Below, piece by piece: positions 57,823 through 64,000 of a stretch of 64,000 nt of DNA. How positions within the stretch are numbered: the stretch's first letter is position 1; every line of letters begins with the position of its first letter. The notes under the pieces are model-generated. The model saw only the letters and a list, made by a program, of their open reading frames with translations, was not told the DNA's origin and did no database searches. Both the position numbers and the translations under genes were made by a program. The stretch is from Steroidobacteraceae bacterium (GTDB lineage: Bacteria; Pseudomonadota; Gammaproteobacteria; Steroidobacterales; Steroidobacteraceae). The stretch is from NCBI GenBank assembly GCA_049518595.1, contig JBEKRP010000006.1, forward strand, positions 31,994 to 95,993. Reading direction: 5' to 3'.

Positions 57823-60237
57823 TTACGCGCGCAGTCGAAGTCCCTGCGGATCGTAGAGCGGTTGCAGCCGCACGGTCGCGGCACGGCTCTCGCCCAGGAT
57901 GTCGATCTCGAATCGCTCGCCGTCGCGCGCCAGCGCGCTCGGCACGTAGCCGGCGGCGAGGCTCTTGCCAATGCAATGGCCGTAGGCGCCCGACGTGACG
58001 TAGCCGACCGCGACGCCATCCTTGATGATCGACTCGTAGCCGATCACGTCGGCATCCGCGGTCGCGATCTCCATGACCACGAACCGGCGCTTCGGTCCGG
58101 CCGTGCGCTCGGCGAGTGCAGCGGCGCGACCGGCGAAATCGGACTTGCCGAAGTCGACCAAGCGGTCGAGCCCGGTTTCACCCGCACTGTAGTCCGGTCG
58201 AAAGTCCTTGTTGAACGAGCCGTAGCCCTTCTCGAGCCGCAGCGACGACAGGGCGCGCCCGCCGAAATGCGCCAGGCCGAGCTCGCGCCCCACGTCCCAG
58301 AGGTCATCGTAGAGCGAGGCGAAATAGTCGGGCGTGGTCCAGATCTCGTAGCCGAGTTCGCCCGTGAACCCGGCGCGCGTCAGGATTGCCGGCGCGAAGC
58401 CGACCGCCGTCTGCCTGACCTGGAACAGCTTGAATGCCGAGGCGGACAGATCGTCACGCACCAGCCGCTGCATCAGTTTCCGCGATCTCGGGCCTGCGAT
58501 CGACACGCCTGTGAGCGTCGAGGCCGCCGAGCGCACGAACACGTCGGCTGGTGGCTCCGAAGCCCAGAACCAGCGCATGTGGAATTCCTCGGCAAAACCT
58601 GAGCCCACGATCAGGAAGCGGTCTTCGGCGAGACAGGCGATCGACAGATCGCCAACGATGCGGCCGGTGGGACTGAGCATCGGCGCGAGCCCGAGGCGTC
58701 CGGGTCGCGGTATCCGGGATGCAAACACCCGGTCGAGCCACGCCCGTGCCCCGCGGCCCGTGACCTCGTACTTTCCATAGTTGGTGGTCTCGTAGAGGCC
58801 GACCGTGTTGCGGACCGCCTCACATTCGGCCCGCACGATCGGGAAGGCCTCCGACCGGCGATAAGTCGGGGTCTCCGAGGGCACAACGCCAGCCGGCGCG
58901 AACCACAGCGCATGCTCGAGCCCGAAGCTCGCACCCATCACCGCGCCGGCCGCTTTCAGCTTGTCGTAGATCGGCGAACGGCGCACCGGGCGGGCGGCGG
59001 GCAGTTCCTCATTCGGGTAGGCGAGCCGGAAGCGCCGCGAGTAGTTCTCGGGCACTTTGAGGGACGTGTATTTCGGCGTCGCGAACGCACCGAAGCGCGC
59101 GACATCCATCGAAATGATGTCCTGGCCCGGATCGTTGTCGGCCATCCAGCGCGACAGCACGAGGCCGATGCCCCCACCCTGGCTGAACCCGGCCATGACG
59201 GCGCAGGCGACCCAGAAATTCCTGACGCCCCGCACCGGCCCGACCAGCGGATTACCGTCGGGGGCGAAGGTAAACGGGCCGTTGATCGCCTTCCTGATGC
59301 CAACGCGTCCCAGCGCCGGGAAATGCTGGAAGCCAAGCTCGAAGTACGGCGCGAGGCGCTCGAAGTCGTCAGGCAGGAGCTGCATCGAAAAGTCGTCCGG
59401 CGTCTTCACCGGCGACCAGATGACCCCGTGGGGTTCGTAGGTACCGATCAACGCTCCGGCACGCTCCTGGCGCATGTAGATCTCGCCGGCGTAGTCGGTC
59501 GTGTTGACGATCTCCTTGTCCCGGCCTTGCAGCTCCGGGATGTCCTCGGTCAGCAGATAGTGGTGCTCCATCGCCAGCACCGGCAGCTCGATGCCGACCA
59601 TGTGGCCGACCTCGCGCGCCCACAGACCTGCGCAATTGACCACGTGCTCAGCCTGGACCGTGCCCTTGTCGGTCACGACGTCCCACGAGCCGTCGCGACG
59701 CTGCCCGAGCGACAGCACCCGGGTGAAGCGCTCCACCGACGCGCCGAGCTGTCGCGCCGCCTTGACGTAGGCATGGGTGGTTCCGGACGGATCGCAATGG
59801 CCGCCGTCGGCGCGCCACAGCGCGCCGATGAAGTGAGTCGCGTCGATCAGCGGATTGAGGCGCCTCGCCTCGTCGAGCGAGATCATCTCGGTTTCCATGC
59901 CGAGATAGCGGGCACGCGAGCAGATGAGCTTCAGGCTGTCGAGTTCGCCCGGCGTCGCCGCGAGCATCAGGCCGCCGTTCGGATGCAGTCCGCAGGACTG
60001 GCCTGACAGCGCCTCGATCTCGCGATACAGGTCGATCGTGTATTTCTGCAGCCGCGAGATGTTGGCCTCGCCATTGAACGTGTGCATGCCGCCGGCCGCA
60101 TGCCAGGTCGAACCCGCGGCCAATTCGCTCTTTTCGATCAGCAGCACGTCGGTCCAGCCGATCTTGGCGAGGTGATAGAGCGTGCTCGCGCCGACCACGC
60201 CGCCACCGATGACGACGACTCTCGCGGAGGCATTCAT
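57823..60237 (-). CDS. FAD-dependent dimethylglycine/sarcosine dehydrogenase-like oxidoreductase (DAO plus GcvT folate-binding domains)
   Basis: ATG at 60237. The N-terminus MNASARVVVIGGGVVGAST carries a GxGxxG motif, and the C-terminal third is aminomethyltransferase-like. Length is 805 aa. The start overlaps the soxG stop (ATGA). Confidence 0.9.
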   Translation of the reverse strand: MNASARVVVIGGGVVGASTLYHLAKIGWTDVLLIEKSELAAGSTWHAAGGMHTFNGEANISRLQKYTIDLYREIEALSGQSCGLHPNGGLMLAATPGELDSLKLICSRARYLGMETEMISLDEARRLNPLIDATHFIGALWRADGGHCDPSGTTHAYVKAARQLGASVERFTRVLSLGQRRDGSWDVVTDKGTVQAEHVVNCAGLWAREVGHMVGIELPVLAMEHHYLLTEDIPELQGRDKEIVNTTDYAGEIYMRQERAGALIGTYEPHGVIWSPVKTPDDFSMQLLPDDFERLAPYFELGFQHFPALGRVGIRKAINGPFTFAPDGNPLVGPVRGVRNFWVACAVMAGFSQGGGIGLVLSRWMADNDPGQDIISMDVARFGAFATPKYTSLKVPENYSRRFRLAYPNEELPAARPVRRSPIYDKLKAAGAVMGASFGLEHALWFAPAGVVPSETPTYRRSEAFPIVRAECEAVRNTVGLYETTNYGKYEVTGRGARAWLDRVFASRIPRPGRLGLAPMLSPTGRIVGDLSIACLAEDRFLIVGSGFAEEFHMRWFWASEPPADVFVRSAASTLTGVSIAGPRSRKLMQRLVRDDLSASAFKLFQVRQTAVGFAPAILTRAGFTGELGYEIWTTPDYFASLYDDLWDVGRELGLAHFGGRALSSLRLEKGYGSFNKDFRPDYSAGETGLDRLVDFGKSDFAGRAAALAERTAGPKRRFVVMEIATADADVIGYESIIKDGVAVGYVTSGAYGHCIGKSLAAGYVPSALARDGERFEIDILGESRAATVRLQPLYDPQGLRLRA

Positions 60238-60761
60238 GAGAATTGATCTCCAGACAGGGCGGCAACAGTAAAATCCGATTGCGGCATGAACCCGAAGGGC
60301 TTCGCCGTGGACGCGAGCCATTCGCGAAAATGCCGGGCGGTGGTCGAGGGCGTCAGCAGCAGCAGACCCGATGGCAGTGCCGCGAAGATCACCGACACCT
60401 GGGCCATGATCGTGGCGGCGACGGCGCCCACCGGGAATGCGTCCGGATCGAGATCCAGACGGCAGGCCCTCACGAGCACCTCGCGGGCTGCGGGGCCGGC
60501 CAGATGCAGCGCAGTCAGGCCGCACGACAGATCGACCGCGGCGCCGAAGCCCGCGCAGGCCGCCTGCCAGACCCCTGCGGTCGCCCCCGGGGACGCTGGC
60601 GGGCTCAGCAGCAGCCAGCGGTCCGGGCGGACGCAAAGCGCCAGCTCATCGGCCGCGACCGCGACCCGGCAGAGTGGCGGAAGGCGCAGGCCCCGGCCGC
60701 CCGCGATTCTCTCGAGCTCGGGCGCGCGCCCGCGCAGTGCAGCGATTTCGACGATATCCAT
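60234..60761 (-). CDS. soxG: Sarcosine oxidase gamma subunit family protein
   Basis: Size and position (directly after soxA) fit, as does ..LALCVRPDRWLLL...AVDLSCGLTALHLAGP.ARE.L... The start is uncertain (60761 or 60782). Confidence 0.7.
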   Translation of the reverse strand: MDIVEIAALRGRAPELERIAGGRGLRLPPLCRVAVAADELALCVRPDRWLLLSPPASPGATAGVWQAACAGFGAAVDLSCGLTALHLAGPAAREVLVRACRLDLDPDAFPVGAVAATIMAQVSVIFAALPSGLLLLTPSTTARHFREWLASTAKPFGFMPQSDFTVAALSGDQFS

Positions 60762-60813
60762 CACGCAGGACCGGAGCCGCATGCCGGCAGCCGCGTCAGC
60801 TGGGGATCGAGGC

Positions 60814-63756
60814 TCAGGCGCGGACACGCAGGTTCTCCGGATCGAGCATGTGCGGGCTGACGATCTCAATCTCGGTGGCCTCGTCGTGAATGGGCGAGGT
60901 GCCAATCAGCCGCTGGCCGATGCGCTGCCGGCCGCCCGCCAGCAATGCGAGGCCCACCCAGCCATCGAGTTCGACCGAAGGCGTCGAGGAAGTGATATAG
61001 CCAAGACTCATGGTGCGCGCCTGCGGCGCGACCAGCTGTGAGCCGTTGCGCAGGCGACGCGTCGCGTCTACCGGCCGTACGCCGACGAGCTGCAGCCGAT
61101 CGGGCGCGGTAATGCCGGGACGCTGCGACAGCGTGCGGCCGACGAAGTCGCCGTGTTTCTTCAGCATCCGCGCAAAGCCGAGATCATCGGCGCTGGTGTT
61201 GCCGTTCAGCTCGGCTCCGGTCACGTGGCCCTTCTCGATGCGCAGGCTGTTGAGTGCATCGAGCCCGTACGGCTCGATGCCGCAGGGCTTGCCTGCTTCG
61301 AGCAGTGCCGACCACGCCCTCAGGGCGTGGCTCGCCGGCATGGCCAGTTCGTAGGCCAGCTCGCCCGAAAACGAGATGCGGAACACGCGTCCCGCGACGC
61401 CCGCAATCGTGGCCGCGGCCGCCGCCATGAACGGAAATGCGTCATTGGACAGATCGAGGCCTGCGACCACCGCCGCCACGACCTCACGCGAGCGCGGCCC
61501 CGCGACGGCAAACTGCGCCCACTGGTCGCCGACATCGGTCAGCAGCACATCGAGCCGTGGACAAGCCGCTTGCCGGTGGAATTCCATGTGCTCGAGCGCC
61601 GCTGTGGCGTTGGCCGTCGTAGTCGTGACGAGGAAATGCTCCGGCCCGAGCCGCGAGGTGGTGCCGTCGTCGAGCAGCATCCCGTCCTCGCGCAGCATGA
61701 TGCCGTAGCGCGCCCGCCCGACCGCGAGCGTGGAAAACGTGTTCGCGTAGATGAAATCCAGGAACTGCGCGGCATCCGGACCCTGCACGTCGATCTTGCC
61801 CAGAGTCGATACATCCGTGATGCCGACCGACCGGCGCACCGCCCGCGCCTCGGTCAGCACCGGGTCCCAGCCGGCTTGGCGCGAGTAGACGAGCGGCCGC
61901 AACCACAGGCCGGTGGTCACGAAGCTCGCGCCGGCGGCCTCGTGCCAGTCGTGCAGCGGCAGTCGGCGCTTGGGCTTGAAGTGTTGCCGCACATCGCCGC
62001 CGGCGAGCGCGGCGAACGGCACGGGCTGGGCGAACGGGCGTGGCTTCGGCTGCCCGACTTCGCACAGCGGCAGCCCGCGTGCTTGCGCCAGCACCGCGCT
62101 GCCGAGCAGTCCGCCGATGCGGCCCTGATCGCTCGCCATGCCATGGGTCGTGAAGCGCTTCATGTGCTCGACGTGCTCGTAGCCCTCGCGATAGGCGAGT
62201 CGCACGTCCGCGGCCGTCACATCGTTCTGCAGATCGACGAAAGCCTTGCCCCGGCCGCGCACTTCCCACAGCGCGGCGATCGGGGTGGCGTCCGGGTCGA
62301 CCGGCAGGTCCATCGCCGGGTCCGCGGCACCCGCCGCGCGACCGAGCTCCGCGGCGATCGCGCGCGCCGCCCTGTCCCCGTCGCGCACAGCGGCCGCGAG
62401 CCCGAATACGCCGCGTGCCGCCCCGGCTACCCGTCCGATCGTCGGTGCGAGAACCGGGGTGAAGGCCGCGATCGCCTCCTGCCACGAGAGCCCGGCGCCG
62501 AGCTGGCTCGCGAGCGAAGTCGCCGGGGAATATCCTCCGGACATCAGCAGGCTGTCGGCCTCGAGCTCGCGGCGGCGGCGCCCGTCGCGGTCCGCAACCC
62601 GGACCGTGCGAACCCCGTCGCGGCCGCAGACCGACTCGACGACCGCGCCGGCATGAACCTCGACGCCGACCGCCCTGGCGCGCTCAGCCGCCAGGGAATC
62701 CGCCCGCACGTCGATCACCCCGGCGCATTCGATACCGGCCTCGGTCAACGCCAGCACCGTCTCGTAGGCCTCGTCCGTGTTGAGGAAAAACGCGGGCCGG
62801 CGGCCGACCGCAACGCCGTAACGCCGCAGATAACTGATCGCGGCGCCGGCGAGCATCACGCCGGGAAGGTCATTGCCTGGGAAGGCGATCAGCCGCTCGA
62901 GCGCACCGGTGGCGAATACCGCGCGCCTGGTGCGTATGATCCGCAGCCGCTCCCGCAGCCCGCCGAACCTGGCGGCTTCGGCGGGCGCCAATGTTTCGAG
63001 CGCGCCGAATACGCCATGACCGTAGGCCCCGAGCACCGTGGTCCGGGGCAGGCACCGCACCGTGGCCACGCCCGCCAGCCCGGCGCACGTCGTCTCCCAC
63101 CAAGCCGTCCAGCGTGCATCGAGCAGCAAGCCGCCACCCAGTACCGCGTCCTGATCGGCCAGCATCACCCGCAGGCCGCTCGTGCCCAGCCGATGCGCGG
63201 CGGCGAGGCCCGCGGCACCCGCGCCGACCACGAGCACGTCCGCATGATCGTGCACCGTCTCGGCGGGCGCGGCGTGCTTGCCCACGACTGCCTCGAGCCG
63301 GCCGAGGCCTGCGGCACGGCGGATCAGCGGCTCGTAGAGCCGCTCCCAGGCCCAGCCCGGCGCCATGAACGTCTTGTAATAGAAACCCGCGGGCAGGAAC
63401 CGGGCGATGAGATCGTTGACCGCCATCACATCGAAACTGAGCGACGGCCAGCGGTTCTGGCTTTCGGCCACGAGGCCCTCGTGCAGAGCGAGCGTGGTGG
63501 CGAGCCGATTAGGTTCGCGCCCGTCGGCACCGATCACATCGACGAGCGCACAGGGCTCTTCCGGCCCGGCGGTCACAATGCCGCGCGGCCGATGGTATTT
63601 GAAGCTGCGCGCGACGAGCTGCTGGCCGTTGGCGAGCAGCGCCGAGGCGAGCGTGTCGCCGGCGAGGCCGTGCATCTGGCGCCCGTCGAAGCAAAAGCCG
63701 ACGGAACAGGCGGCGTCGGTCAGCAGACCACGGGCGATACGGCCAGGACCTCGCAT
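60814..63756 (-). CDS. soxA: Sarcosine oxidase alpha subunit
   Basis: 980 aa. It has an N-terminal 2Fe-2S-like/NAD(FAD) region (..VLVVGAGAAGLAAA..) and a C-terminal GcvT-like folate domain. Its start overlaps the soxD stop (ATGA). Confidence 0.9.
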   Translation of the reverse strand: MRGPGRIARGLLTDAACSVGFCFDGRQMHGLAGDTLASALLANGQQLVARSFKYHRPRGIVTAGPEEPCALVDVIGADGREPNRLATTLALHEGLVAESQNRWPSLSFDVMAVNDLIARFLPAGFYYKTFMAPGWAWERLYEPLIRRAAGLGRLEAVVGKHAAPAETVHDHADVLVVGAGAAGLAAAHRLGTSGLRVMLADQDAVLGGGLLLDARWTAWWETTCAGLAGVATVRCLPRTTVLGAYGHGVFGALETLAPAEAARFGGLRERLRIIRTRRAVFATGALERLIAFPGNDLPGVMLAGAAISYLRRYGVAVGRRPAFFLNTDEAYETVLALTEAGIECAGVIDVRADSLAAERARAVGVEVHAGAVVESVCGRDGVRTVRVADRDGRRRRELEADSLLMSGGYSPATSLASQLGAGLSWQEAIAAFTPVLAPTIGRVAGAARGVFGLAAAVRDGDRAARAIAAELGRAAGAADPAMDLPVDPDATPIAALWEVRGRGKAFVDLQNDVTAADVRLAYREGYEHVEHMKRFTTHGMASDQGRIGGLLGSAVLAQARGLPLCEVGQPKPRPFAQPVPFAALAGGDVRQHFKPKRRLPLHDWHEAAGASFVTTGLWLRPLVYSRQAGWDPVLTEARAVRRSVGITDVSTLGKIDVQGPDAAQFLDFIYANTFSTLAVGRARYGIMLREDGMLLDDGTTSRLGPEHFLVTTTTANATAALEHMEFHRQAACPRLDVLLTDVGDQWAQFAVAGPRSREVVAAVVAGLDLSNDAFPFMAAAAATIAGVAGRVFRISFSGELAYELAMPASHALRAWSALLEAGKPCGIEPYGLDALNSLRIEKGHVTGAELNGNTSADDLGFARMLKKHGDFVGRTLSQRPGITAPDRLQLVGVRPVDATRRLRNGSQLVAPQARTMSLGYITSSTPSVELDGWVGLALLAGGRQRIGQRLIGTSPIHDEATEIEIVSPHMLDPENLRVRA

Positions 63757-64000
63757 CAGCGCCCCACTTCCTGCGGCAGCGACTCCTGCGGCAGCGACGG
63801 CAGCTCCTCGGCACCGCCGACCGAGCGAATCTCATGGGTCAGCGTGTGGCGCACGACCTTCAGCAGCTGGCGGCAGCCGCCCACGTGCAGCCACCACTCG
63901 AGATGCCAGCCGCGCCGGTTTTCGCGCTCGTAGGCATAGGCGGTGAACGCCGCGAGTCCGGCATCGCCGGCAGGGCGGGACCTACTGGCGTCGCCGCGAT
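63756..64000 (-). CDS. soxD: Sarcosine oxidase delta subunit, C-terminal part (5' end lies outside the window)
   Basis: Manual translation of the minus strand gives ..AYAYERENRRGWHLEWWLHVGGCRQLLKVVRHTLTHEIRSVGGAEELPSLPQESLPQEVGR*. The ..W.H..GCR..... RdT.THEI pattern is SoxD-like. Confidence 0.7.
   Translation of the reverse strand, partial: RGDASRSRPAGDAGLAAFTAYAYERENRRGWHLEWWLHVGGCRQLLKVVRHTLTHEIRSVGGAEELPSLPQESLPQEVGR
63769..63798. repeat. Perfect 15-bp tandem duplication (TCCTGCGGCAGCGAC x2) in the soxD 3' end
   Basis: Read directly. It is in frame and encodes a duplicated SLPQE in the C-terminal tail. Confidence 0.9.

Overview
High-GC (about 66-68%) proteobacterial chromosome segment with gamma/beta-like gene order and about 60 protein genes. 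All calls come from reading the ORF translations and the raw sequence by eye; no database search was run. (1) 1-22 kb is housekeeping core: suhB, an amino-acid permease, tRNA-Leu(CAA) followed by queA-tgt-yajC-secD-secF, a NUDIX hydrolase, fdxA, dsbC, xerD, an acyltransferase, zapE, a 2-oxoacid dehydrogenase E1alpha/E1beta/E2 set, a 1600-aa NAD-glutamate dehydrogenase and gpmA. (2) 22.7-26.6 kb is a thiamine-scavenging operon behind a clear TPP riboswitch: TonB-dependent receptor, YkoF-like binder, PnuC-like transporter, kinase. (3) 26.6-33 kb holds miscellaneous genes: PhzF, a trypsin/PDZ protein whose catalytic triad looks replaced, gamma-CA, an MFS transporter, a beta-lactamase-fold protein without SxxK, and a ModF-like double ATPase. 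(4) 33.1-33.5 kb is a non-coding region with a near-consensus sigma-54 -24/-12 promoter followed about 115 nt later by a strong intrinsic terminator. This is my best candidate for something undescribed, either an RpoN-dependent small RNA or a terminator-gated leader. (5) 34.5-38.2 kb is a signalling cluster: CHASE3 histidine kinase, two response regulators and a sensor-less sigma-54 activator. (6) 38.4-40.3 kb is a decay zone: a serine-hydrolase gene broken by a perfect 11-bp tandem duplication, and a transposase N-terminal remnant. (7) 40.5-64 kb is a methylated-amine catabolic region. It contains a non-pyrrolysine MttB-family methyltransferase with a corrinoid protein, RACE-type activator, MtrH-like methyltransferase, MetF, an MTHFR_C protein and DUF1638. 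It also holds oxidoreductases, an enolase-superfamily enzyme, a Pot-like ABC importer, a second transposase remnant, a dimethylglycine-dehydrogenase-like gene and soxDAG. No CRISPR array, rRNA or intact mobile element was seen.
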